In this document: in pieces, positions 7,673 through 15,387 of the stretch
Position numbering within the stretch: position 1 is the stretch's first letter
Layout: each line of letters begins with the position of its first letter
Source: Pseudonocardiaceae bacterium
GTDB taxonomy: Bacteria; Actinomycetota; Actinomycetes; Mycobacteriales; Pseudonocardiaceae
Length of the DNA: 26,675 bases
NCBI GenBank assembly: GCA_035707525.1
Contig: DASSUA010000208.1
Coordinates: 1 to 26,675 of the forward strand
Reading direction: 5' to 3'
Program-made: the position numbers and the translations under genes
Notes under the pieces: generated by a model
The model's input: the letters and a program-made list of their open reading frames with translations, nothing else
Databases searched by the model: none
Told to the model about the DNA's origin: nothing

Positions 7673-8089
7673 ATGGGTCAGCGAATGGGTGCGGCGATTT
7701 CCCGGATGGTGCTGACCATCGAGGGTCTGTTGCTGATGGCGATCGGCATGGTGGGTCTGGCCGCGGCGGGGGAGCACAGCGAGTCGCCGCTGCTACCGTC
7801 GAGTTCGCTGACCAACTCCGGGCTGCTCGTGCTCGGACTGCTCGTGCTGGGTGCGGCGCAGAGTCCCGGACCACGGCGTGTCGTGGCCTGGGTGCAGGCG
7901 ATCTTCGTGACGTTGAAGCTGATCTCGCTGGCCTCCGGGAGCCCGGAGGGGCTGCCCTGGAAGGCCGGGCCGTCGGCGCTGGTCAGCACGCTGCTGATCG
8001 GGCTGGCGCTGATGACACTGTCTGGCTCGGCGCCCGAACCTCCACCCGCCGCCGCGAGCGGCCGGCAGGGCCGGCAGGGCCGGCGATGA
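7673..8089 (+). CDS. Small integral membrane protein, unknown function
   Basis: About four hydrophobic segments. GAGGGG precedes the ATG at 7673, and the gene ends 7 bp before the decarboxylase start. Confidence 0.6.
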   Translation: MGQRMGAAISRMVLTIEGLLLMAIGMVGLAAAGEHSESPLLPSSSLTNSGLLVLGLLVLGAAQSPGPRRVVAWVQAIFVTLKLISLASGSPEGLPWKAGPSALVSTLLIGLALMTLSGSAPEPPPAAASGRQGRQGRR

Positions 8090-8096
8090 TGAGCGG

Positions 8097-9209
8097 GTGA
8101 CGAGCGCGCGAACCCTGGACTTCCTCGACCGGCACCGGCCGCCCACGCCGTGCCTGGTGATGGACCTGCGGGTGGTCGAGGAGCGGTTCGCCGAGTTGCG
8201 GGCGGCGCTGCCGTCGGTGCGGCCGTACTACGCGGTCAAGGCCAATCCGGCGCCCGAGGTGCTGCGGCTGCTGGCGCGGCTCGGTGCCGGGTTCGACGTG
8301 GCCAGCCCGGGGGAGGTGCGGCTGTGCGTCGAGGCCGGGGCCGAGTCAGGGTCGCTGTCCTATGGAAACCCGATCGCCAAGCCGGCCGAGATCGGGTTCG
8401 CCCATTCCAACGCGGTGCGGCAGTTCGTGGTGGACTGCGCCGGCGGGCTCGATGCGGTGGCGCTGGCGGCGCGCGGCTCGGCGGTGCTGGTCCGGTTCGC
8501 GGTCGCGGACACCGGCTCGCGCACGCCGTTCGGTGACAAGTTCGGCGCCTCACTCAGCGAAGCGGCGGACCTGCTGGCCCGCGCGCCGTCGGTGGGGCTG
8601 CGACCGGCCGGCGTGTCGTTCCACGTCGGCTCGCAACAGGTCGATCCGGGCGCGTGGGACCGGGGGATCGCGCTCGCCGCGAAACTTGCCGCGGAGCTCG
8701 ACGAGCCGCTGGTCAACCTCGGCGGCGGCCTGCCGGTCGAGTACGCCGAGCCGGTGCCGCCGCTGACGGCGTACACCGACGCGATCCTGGCGTCGGTGCA
8801 CGCCCACTTCGGCGCAAGGGCACCGGCGTTGATGATCGAGCCGGGGCGGTTGCTGGTCGCCGAGGCCGGCACGATCCGCACGGAAGTTGTCCAGGTGGCC
8901 GAGCGGCCGGACCGGCGGCGGTGGGTCTACCTGGACGTCGGGCGCTACAACGGGATGGCCGAGTGCGAGAACGAGGCGATCGCCTACCGGCTGGTCAGCC
9001 TCGACGCCGGCGGGCCGGCCGGACCGGTCGTGCTCGCCGGGCCGACGTGCGACGGCGACGACGTGCTCTACCGGCGCACCCGCTGCGAGCTGCCGCTCCG
9101 CCTGCGCGCGGGCGACCGGCTGGACGTGCTCGCCGCCGGCGCCTACACCGCCAGCTACGCCTCGGTCGGCTTCAACGGCATCGCCCCGCTTCGGACATAC
9201 TTCGTGTGA
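8097..9209 (+). CDS. Fold-type III PLP-dependent ornithine (lysine/ornithine) decarboxylase
   Basis: YAVKANP (PLP lysine), FDVAS, SFHVGSQ, NLGGGLP, IEPGR, GPTCDGDD and GAYT motifs; operon context with speD and speE. Confidence 0.9.
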   Translation: MTSARTLDFLDRHRPPTPCLVMDLRVVEERFAELRAALPSVRPYYAVKANPAPEVLRLLARLGAGFDVASPGEVRLCVEAGAESGSLSYGNPIAKPAEIGFAHSNAVRQFVVDCAGGLDAVALAARGSAVLVRFAVADTGSRTPFGDKFGASLSEAADLLARAPSVGLRPAGVSFHVGSQQVDPGAWDRGIALAAKLAAELDEPLVNLGGGLPVEYAEPVPPLTAYTDAILASVHAHFGARAPALMIEPGRLLVAEAGTIRTEVVQVAERPDRRRWVYLDVGRYNGMAECENEAIAYRLVSLDAGGPAGPVVLAGPTCDGDDVLYRRTRCELPLRLRAGDRLDVLAAGAYTASYASVGFNGIAPLRTYFV

Positions 9210-9574
9210 TGAGCGTGATCTCCGGCCCGACCGTGTTCACCGGCTGGCACGTGCTCGCCGAACTCGGTGGGGCGGCGCCCGAACTGCTCGACGACGAGGC
9301 GTTCCTGCGGGGCGCCCTGGTGTCCGCGGTTCGTGACTGCGGCGCGACGCTGCGCCAGGTGGTCTCCGAGCGGTTCGACCCGCACGGCGTCACCGTGCTC
9401 GCGCTGCTGTCGGAGTCGCACGCGTCGCTGCACACCTACCCCGAGGTCGGCGCGGTGTTCGTCGACGTGTTCACGTGCGGTTCCCAGGCCGATCCGGAGC
9501 GGGCGGTGCGCTCGCTGGCCCGCGCGCTGCGGGCGTCGGTCGAGTCGTGCCGCACCGTGCGCCGCGGCCGTTGA
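9209..9574 (+). CDS. speD: S-adenosylmethionine decarboxylase proenzyme (pyruvoyl-dependent)
   Basis: C-terminal part of track ORF 8654..9574, starting MSVISGP... It has GVTVLALLSESHASLHTYPE (E|S autocleavage) and VDVFTCG. The ATG overlaps the upstream TGA (TGATG). Confidence 0.92.
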   Translation: MSVISGPTVFTGWHVLAELGGAAPELLDDEAFLRGALVSAVRDCGATLRQVVSERFDPHGVTVLALLSESHASLHTYPEVGAVFVDVFTCGSQADPERAVRSLARALRASVESCRTVRRGR

Positions 9575-10443
9575 CCGAGCGCGGGTCGGCCGGGCGCTGG
9601 CTCGACGAGCCGCTCGGGCCGGGGCTGCGGCGCTCATGGCTGCTCGACGAGGTGCTGTGGTCGGGCCGGACCGACTTCCAGGACGTGGTGATCGCGCGCA
9701 CCGCGCACGGTGTCACCCTGTTCTGCGACGGCGAGCGGCAGAGCAGCGAGCTTTCCCAGCTCGTCTACCACGAGGCCCTGCTGGTGCCGGCGCTGCTGCT
9801 GGCCGAACGCGTCGAGCGGGTACTGGTCGTCGGGTCCAGTGAGGGCGTGGTCAGCCAGCTCGCGGTCGCTGGCGGCGCGCACGTCGTCGACCACGTGGAC
9901 ATCGACCGCGAGTGCGTCCGGCGGTGCGCGCAGCTGCTGCCCTACGGCTACACGCCCGCCGAGCTGGCCGCGGCCGAGCGCCACGACGGCCGGGTCCGGG
10001 TGCATTACGCCGACGGCTGGTCGTTCGTCACCGGCGCGTCCGGTTACGACCTGGTCGTCGTAGACCTCCCTGACGAGCGCGAGGGCGACGACACCGCTCA
10101 GCACAACCGCCTCTACGGCGAGACGTTCATGCGACACTGCGCGGCCGCCGTTCGAGAAGGTGGCGTCGTCACCTCACAGGCCGGCTGCCCGGCCCTGTGG
10201 CGAAACGGCGGCCTGCGCCGGTCCTGGGGCCGCTTCCGGGCGGTCTTCCCGACCGTCGCCTACTACGGCAGCGACGAGCACGAGTGGGCGTTCCTGTCCG
10301 CCCGCGCCGACCCGGTCCCGGACCCGCTGGCGCTCATGGTCGAACGCCTCGCCGCCCTCCCGTACCGCCCCGCCACGCTCGACGCCCCCGCGCTGCGCGC
10401 CCACGCCGTCCCACCGAACTCCCTCCGCACGCCGCGGTTCTAA
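9571..10443 (+). CDS. speE: Spermidine synthase / polyamine aminopropyltransferase family protein
   Basis: Motifs TDFQDV, LFCDGERQS, YHEAL, HVDID, DG..F and YDLVVVDLPD. The TTG start at 9571 overlaps the speD stop (TTGA). Confidence 0.85.
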   Translation: MTERGSAGRWLDEPLGPGLRRSWLLDEVLWSGRTDFQDVVIARTAHGVTLFCDGERQSSELSQLVYHEALLVPALLLAERVERVLVVGSSEGVVSQLAVAGGAHVVDHVDIDRECVRRCAQLLPYGYTPAELAAAERHDGRVRVHYADGWSFVTGASGYDLVVVDLPDEREGDDTAQHNRLYGETFMRHCAAAVREGGVVTSQAGCPALWRNGGLRRSWGRFRAVFPTVAYYGSDEHEWAFLSARADPVPDPLALMVERLAALPYRPATLDAPALRAHAVPPNSLRTPRF

Positions 10444-10474
10444 CTGATCGTGAGCGTGGTGGGCGGTGCTAGTT

Positions 10475-10535
10475 GTTGATCACGAAGTTGTCGCCCTGCG
10501 GATCGATTCAGAAGGGCGGCAACTTCGTGATCAAC
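10475..10535. repeat. 23-bp inverted repeat (one G:T mismatch) with 15-nt loop; REP-like element or bidirectional terminator
   Basis: 10475-10497 GTTGATCACGAAGTTGTCGCCCT pairs with 10513-10535 AGGGCGGCAACTTCGTGATCAAC. It lies between convergent genes. Confidence 0.9.
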
Positions 10536-10902
10536 TTTGGGTGGGGCGGGGCTGGAGCTGCTCGGCGGCGTAGTCGGCGAGCGGGCGGCGGTCCATCACG
10601 CAGCCGGTGGCGACGGTGAGGTCACCGCGGTCGGTGGCCAACCGGCGCCAGGCGGCGTTGCCCGCCTGCGGGTCCAACCGGGACAGCGCGGTGGCGGCGT
10701 ACGCCTTGCCGGCCGGGGAGGCGCTGGTGAGCAGCCGCTCCAGCCGGGGGCGCGCGGCCGGACCCTCGGCGACGACGACGTCGAACGCGGTGGTCTCGGG
10801 GAGGATCGACCCGGCTATGCCGACGCCGCCGAAGGCGACCATGCCGGCGCGGGAGAGCACCTCGAAGGCGCGGTCGACGGTCATGCCCGCGGTCCGTTCC
10901 AT
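10531..10902 (-). CDS. Small hypothetical protein
   Basis: Protein-like composition (AFGGVGIAG, SPAGKAYAATALSRLDP, TGC). The ATG at 10902 has a TACCGT -10 box 8 nt upstream. Confidence 0.65.
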   Translation of the reverse strand: MERTAGMTVDRAFEVLSRAGMVAFGGVGIAGSILPETTAFDVVVAEGPAARPRLERLLTSASPAGKAYAATALSRLDPQAGNAAWRRLATDRGDLTVATGCVMDRRPLADYAAEQLQPRPTQS

Positions 10903-10927
10903 ACGACCCAACGGTAGGCGATGGCAG

Positions 10928-10933
10928 TAGTTT
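10928..10933 (+). promoter_or_regulatory. -10 box (TAGTTT) of a probable leaderless promoter for the ACAD-ADH-oxidoreductase operon
   Basis: TANNNT hexamer 7 nt before the GTG at 10941, with no SD sequence. Confidence 0.55.
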
Positions 10934-10940
10934 CCTCAGT

Positions 10941-12092
10941 GTGGATCTGCAACTGACCCCCGAGCAGGCCGCGGTGCGCGAGCTCGCGGCGGATTTCGTG
11001 GACCGTGAGGTGGTTCCGCACGCCGCGGAGTGGGACCGGGCGGAGTCGGTGGACACCGCGATCGTCGGGCGGCTGGGCGAGCTGGGCATGCTGGGCGTGA
11101 CGATCGGCGAGGAGCACGGCGGCTCCGGCGGCGACCACCTGGCGTACTGCCTGCTGCTGGAGGAGCTGGGCCGGGGCGACTCGTCGATCAGGGGCATCGT
11201 GTCGGTCTCGCTGGGGCTGGTGTCCAAGACGATCGACATGTTCGGCACCGACGAGCAGAAGCAACAGTGGTTGCCGCGGCTGTGCTCGGGGGAGGCGCTG
11301 GGCTGCTTCGGCCTCACCGAGCCGGACACCGGCTCCGATGCGGCCTCGCTGCGGTCGACGGCCAAGCGCGACGGCGGCGACTGGGTGCTCAACGGGACGA
11401 AGCAGTTCATCACCAACGGCACCTGGGCCAAGGTGGCGCTGGTGATGGCGCGCACCGGCGGCCCCGGCCCGAAGGGGGTGACCGCGTTCCTGGTGCCGAC
11501 CGGCTCGCCCGGGTTCACGGCGACCGAGATCAAGGGCAAGCTGGGGTTACGCGGCCAGGCGACGGCGGCGCTGCACCTGCAGGACGTGCGGGTGCCGGAC
11601 TCGTGCCGGCTCGGCGATGAGGGCCAGGGCTTCACGGTGGCGATGGCGGCGCTGGCCAAGGGCCGGATGTCGCTCGCGGCCGGTTGCGTCGGGATCTGCG
11701 CCGGGTGCCTGCGCGCCTCTACCGAGTACGCCACGCAGCGTGAGCAGTTCGGCCGGCCGATCGCGGGGTTCCAGCTGGTGCAGGAGCTGATCGCGGACAT
11801 GGCCGTCGAGGCCGACGCGGCGCGCCTGCTGGTCTGGCGGGTCGCGGACCTGATCGACCGCGGGCGGCCGTTCGGCAAGGAGGCCTCGATGGCCAAGCTG
11901 TACGCGAGCGAGGCCGCGGTGCGGGCGGCGAACTCGGCGGTGCAGGTGTTCGGCGGCTACGGCTACATCGACGAGTACCCGGTGGGCAAGTACCTGCGCG
12001 ACGCCCGCGTCACCACCGTGTACGAGGGGACCAGCCAGATCCAGAAGCTGCTGATCGGCCGGATGCTGACGGGGGTGAACGCGTTCCGATGA
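10941..12092 (+). CDS. Acyl-CoA dehydrogenase (short/branched-chain type)
   Basis: Motifs CFGLTEPDTGSDAA, LNGTKQFITNG, GRMSLAA, RQFGRPI-like REQFGRPI, GGYGYIDEYPV and YEGTSQIQ. Confidence 0.95.
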   Translation: MDLQLTPEQAAVRELAADFVDREVVPHAAEWDRAESVDTAIVGRLGELGMLGVTIGEEHGGSGGDHLAYCLLLEELGRGDSSIRGIVSVSLGLVSKTIDMFGTDEQKQQWLPRLCSGEALGCFGLTEPDTGSDAASLRSTAKRDGGDWVLNGTKQFITNGTWAKVALVMARTGGPGPKGVTAFLVPTGSPGFTATEIKGKLGLRGQATAALHLQDVRVPDSCRLGDEGQGFTVAMAALAKGRMSLAAGCVGICAGCLRASTEYATQREQFGRPIAGFQLVQELIADMAVEADAARLLVWRVADLIDRGRPFGKEASMAKLYASEAAVRAANSAVQVFGGYGYIDEYPVGKYLRDARVTTVYEGTSQIQKLLIGRMLTGVNAFR

Positions 12093-13171
12093 AGGCCGCG
12101 GTACTGCGCGAGCAGGGCGGACCCCTGTCCGTCGAGGATCTGACGCTGCCGGCGCTCCAGCCTGGTCAGGTGCGGGTCCGGCTGGCCGCCACCGGGGTCT
12201 GCCACTCGGACCTGTCGCTGGCGAACGGGACGATGACGCACGAGCTGCCGGTCGTGCTCGGTCACGAGGGCGCCGGCCGGATCGCGGAGCTGGGGCCGGA
12301 GGTGACCGGTCTGGCGGTCGGCGACCCGGTGCTGCTGAACTGGGCGCCGGCGTGCCGGCGGTGCTGGCACTGCGAGCACGGCGAGCCGTACCTGTGCTCG
12401 AACGCCACGCTCGCCTGGCAGCGCCCGTACGCGCGGCTGGCCGACGGCAGCGATGTGTACCCGGGCCTGGGCACGGCGGCGTTCGCCACCGAGACCGTAA
12501 TCGCGGCGGACGCCTGCGTGCGGCTGCCGGACGACGTGCCGCTGGACCAGGCGGCGCTGCTCGGCTGCGCGGTGCTCACCGGGGTCGGCGCGGTGCTCAA
12601 CGCCGCCCGCGTCCAGCCCGGCGAGACCGTGATGGTGGTCGGGCTCGGCGGGGTCGGGCTGTGCGCGGTGCAGGGCGCGCGGATCGCCGGGGCAGGCCGG
12701 GTGATCGCCGTCGACCCGGCCCCGGAGAAAGCCGAGCTGGCCGTCCGCCTCGGCGCGACCGACGTGCTGGAGCCGTCGCCGGACCTGGCCCGGCGGGTGC
12801 GCGGGCTGACCGAGGGCCGTGGAGTGGACCACGCGATCGAGTGCGTCGGCAGGGCCGACACGATCCGCGGGGCCTGGTCGGCGACGCGGCGCGGCGGCCG
12901 CACGACGGTCGTGGGCATGGGCTCCCGCTCGGACACGCTGACGTTCAACGCCCTGGAGATCGCCCACTGGGCGCGCACGCTGACCGGCTGCATGTTCGGC
13001 AACAGCGACCCGGCGGCGGACCTGCCGGCGCTCATCGAGCACTACCGGGCCGGGCGCCTGGACCTGGCGGCGCTCGTGACCGACCGGATCGGGCTGGACC
13101 AGGTCGGTCCCGCGTTCGAGGCGATGCAGGCCGGCCGCGGGGCGCGCAGCCTGGTGGTCTTCGGCGGATGA
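12089..13171 (+). CDS. Zn-dependent alcohol dehydrogenase (MDR family)
   Basis: GVCHSD, GHEGAG, structural Zn site CRRCWHC...C, and Rossmann motif GLGGVG. ATGA overlap with the upstream gene. Confidence 0.95.
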   Translation: MKAAVLREQGGPLSVEDLTLPALQPGQVRVRLAATGVCHSDLSLANGTMTHELPVVLGHEGAGRIAELGPEVTGLAVGDPVLLNWAPACRRCWHCEHGEPYLCSNATLAWQRPYARLADGSDVYPGLGTAAFATETVIAADACVRLPDDVPLDQAALLGCAVLTGVGAVLNAARVQPGETVMVVGLGGVGLCAVQGARIAGAGRVIAVDPAPEKAELAVRLGATDVLEPSPDLARRVRGLTEGRGVDHAIECVGRADTIRGAWSATRRGGRTTVVGMGSRSDTLTFNALEIAHWARTLTGCMFGNSDPAADLPALIEHYRAGRLDLAALVTDRIGLDQVGPAFEAMQAGRGARSLVVFGG

Positions 13172-14481
13172 AGCCGGTGAACCTGGCCGGCCACCTCGGC
13201 GAGCCGCTGCGACGCCCGGTCCGGTTGGCCGTGGTAGGTGCGGGTGCGCGGGGCAGCGCGTACGCGGAGCTGGCGGCGGCGCGGCCGGACCGGGCGGCGA
13301 TCGTCGCGGTCGCCGAGCCGTCGGCGCCGCGCCGGGAGGCGTTCGCGACGCGGCACGGGCTCGGCAGGGACGTGTACGCCGACTGGCGCGAACTGGCCCG
13401 GCGGCCCCGGCTGGCCGACGCGGTGATCGTCGCCACCCAGGACGCCGACCACCAGGGCCCGGTCGAGGCGTTCGCGGCGCTGGGCTACGACCTGCTGCTG
13501 GAGAAGCCGATGGCACCGGCGGAGGAGGGCTGCGAGGCGATCGCGGCGGCCGTGCGCGGCGCCGGGGTCGCGGCGGTGGTGTGCCACGTCATGCGGTACA
13601 CGCCGTACACCAGGCGGCTCGTCGAGCTGGTCCGGGCCGGGACGATCGGCGAGATCGTGAGCGTGCAGCACCTGGAGCCGATCGGCTTCTACCACTTCGC
13701 GCATTCGTACGTCCGCGGCAACTGGCGTCGCAGCGACGAGTCGTCGTCGCTGTTGCTGGCCAAGTCGTGCCACGACATCGACTGGCTGGGTCACGTGATC
13801 GGCCGGCCGGTCCGCAGGGTGTCGTCGTTCGGCTCCCGCTCGCATTTTCGCCCCGAGCGCCGCCCGGACGGTGCGGCGCAGCGCTGCCTCGAGTGTCCGG
13901 TCGAGCCGCGGTGCGCGTACTCGGCGCCGCGCATGTACCTGGCCGGCCTGCGCGAGCCGGGCAGCTCCAAGGAGTACTTCGCGCGCGTGGCCGCCGGCCA
14001 ACCAGCCGTGCTCACCGAGGAGAGTGTGCTGGCTTCACTGGCCGATGGCCCGTACGGGCGCTGCGTGTACGCCTGCGACAACGACGTCGTCGACCACCAG
14101 GTGGTCAACCTGGAGTACGAGGGTGGGGCGACCGCGTCGTTCACCCTCACCGCGTTCACGCCCAAGGAGGACCGCCGCAGCCGGATCTTCGGCACCGCCG
14201 GCCAGCTCGCCGGGGACGGGCGCACGATCGAGCACTACGACTTCGACACCGAACGCACCGAGGTGATCGACACCGGCCGGGCCACCGGGCACGGCGGCGG
14301 CGATGCCGGGCTGATCACGGCGTTCGTCGACGCGTTGCACGGCGGCCGGCCCGAGCTGGTCGTCTCCGGCGTCGAGGAGAGCCTGGCCAGCCACCGGGTG
14401 GTGTTCGCCGCCGAACGCGCCCGGCTGCGCGGCACGGTGGAGACGCCGGTCAGCCCAGGAACGCCAGCAGTTCCCGGTTGA
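13168..14481 (+). CDS. Gfo/Idh/MocA family NAD(P)-dependent oxidoreductase
   Basis: C-terminal part of track ORF 12352..14481. It has VVGAGARG, LLEKPMA, HVMRYTP and LLAKSCHDIDW. The ATG at 13168 overlaps the ADH stop. Confidence 0.9.
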   Translation: MKPVNLAGHLGEPLRRPVRLAVVGAGARGSAYAELAAARPDRAAIVAVAEPSAPRREAFATRHGLGRDVYADWRELARRPRLADAVIVATQDADHQGPVEAFAALGYDLLLEKPMAPAEEGCEAIAAAVRGAGVAAVVCHVMRYTPYTRRLVELVRAGTIGEIVSVQHLEPIGFYHFAHSYVRGNWRRSDESSSLLLAKSCHDIDWLGHVIGRPVRRVSSFGSRSHFRPERRPDGAAQRCLECPVEPRCAYSAPRMYLAGLREPGSSKEYFARVAAGQPAVLTEESVLASLADGPYGRCVYACDNDVVDHQVVNLEYEGGATASFTLTAFTPKEDRRSRIFGTAGQLAGDGRTIEHYDFDTERTEVIDTGRATGHGGGDAGLITAFVDALHGGRPELVVSGVEESLASHRVVFAAERARLRGTVETPVSPGTPAVPG

Positions 14482-15334
14482 GCCGCTCGGCGTGCTGGAA
14501 CGGCATCCCGTGGTGGGACACGTCCGGCAGCACGGCGACGGCCGCGCCGGGCAGCAGCCGGCGCGCCCCCGCGCCGACCCGCCCGATGTCGTGCGCACGG
14601 CTGCGGCCGGCGAGCACCACCCGAGTCGGGGCCGTGAGCCCGCGCAGCTGGGCACGGCGCGGGCGGCGCGGGACGGCGAGCCGGGTGGGGCATTCGGCGG
14701 CGCCGATCGCGGCCAGGTTCAGCCACGCCGGATCCAGGGCGGCCTCGCCGGCCTCCCAGCCCAGGAACGCGCGCAGCCGCCGCTCGGACGGCCGGACCAG
14801 CAGCGGCAGCGCGTGCAGCAGGTAGCGGAGGCTCATGCCGGCAAAGCACGCCGTGGGGTCGAGCAGGGCGAGCCGACGCACCCGGTGCGGGGCGTGCAGC
14901 GCGTAAGCCAGCGCGATCTTGGCGCCGTAAGAATGGCCGCACAGCGCCACCGCCGGCGCAGCGGGCACCGCCGGCACAGCGGGCACCGCCGGCACCGCCG
15001 GCACAGCGGGTACGAAGTGGTCGAGCACCTGGTCCAGCCACGACATCAGGTCCGCGCCGGTGCGCATCGGCCGCCGCGGGTCGGGGACGCTTCGGCCCGC
15101 GTCGCCCATGACGTCGACGGCCAGCACCCGGTGGCTACCCGAGAGCGCCTCCACATTGGCGAACCAGACGGCGGACGTCGCACCGCCGCCGGGTAGCAGC
15201 ACGAGCGGCTCGCCGCCGGTGGGCCCGCACACCTGCACCCGGGTGGTGCCGAACCTGGTCGGCACGTCGACCGGCTCCGGCACCACCGGCCACTGGGCGA
15301 GCACGTCCCTGTATGCGGAGAGGAACCGGTCCAT
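14450..15334 (-). CDS. Alpha/beta fold hydrolase
   Basis: LVLLPGGG oxyanion region, GHSYG nucleophile elbow and a C-terminal catalytic His (VSHHG). It contains a (VPA)6 insert. Confidence 0.9.
   Translation of the reverse strand: MDRFLSAYRDVLAQWPVVPEPVDVPTRFGTTRVQVCGPTGGEPLVLLPGGGATSAVWFANVEALSGSHRVLAVDVMGDAGRSVPDPRRPMRTGADLMSWLDQVLDHFVPAVPAVPAVPAVPAVPAAPAVALCGHSYGAKIALAYALHAPHRVRRLALLDPTACFAGMSLRYLLHALPLLVRPSERRLRAFLGWEAGEAALDPAWLNLAAIGAAECPTRLAVPRRPRRAQLRGLTAPTRVVLAGRSRAHDIGRVGAGARRLLPGAAVAVLPDVSHHGMPFQHAERLNRELLAFLG
14951..15013 (-). repeat. In-frame 9-bp tandem repeat x7 encoding (VPA)6-APA
   Basis: Units GTACCCGCT, GTGCCGGCG, GTGCCCGCT and GCGCCGGCG read on the minus strand. Confidence 0.9.
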
Positions 15335-15360
15335 GGCAAGGAGGCTAGCGGGGCCAGATA

Positions 15361-15373
15361 CTTGACGGTCAAG
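15361..15373. promoter_or_regulatory. Palindrome CTTGAC-G-GTCAAG, candidate MarR operator between divergent genes
   Basis: Perfect 6-1-6 inverted repeat in the 53-bp intergenic region. It overlaps a TTGACC -35-like box for the hydrolase. Confidence 0.65.
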
Positions 15374-15387
15374 CTAGATTGGGCGCC

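Noticed and set aside
8060-8086. GGCCGGCAG x3 micro-repeat (GRQGRQGRR)
   Set aside because: It is short, GC-rich and in a disordered C-terminal tail, so it is likely trivial slippage.
3202-10535. CRISPR array or tRNA/ncRNA interpretation of the two hairpins
   Set aside because: They are two isolated, non-identical palindromes 7 kb apart, with no repeat-spacer periodicity or cloverleaf.
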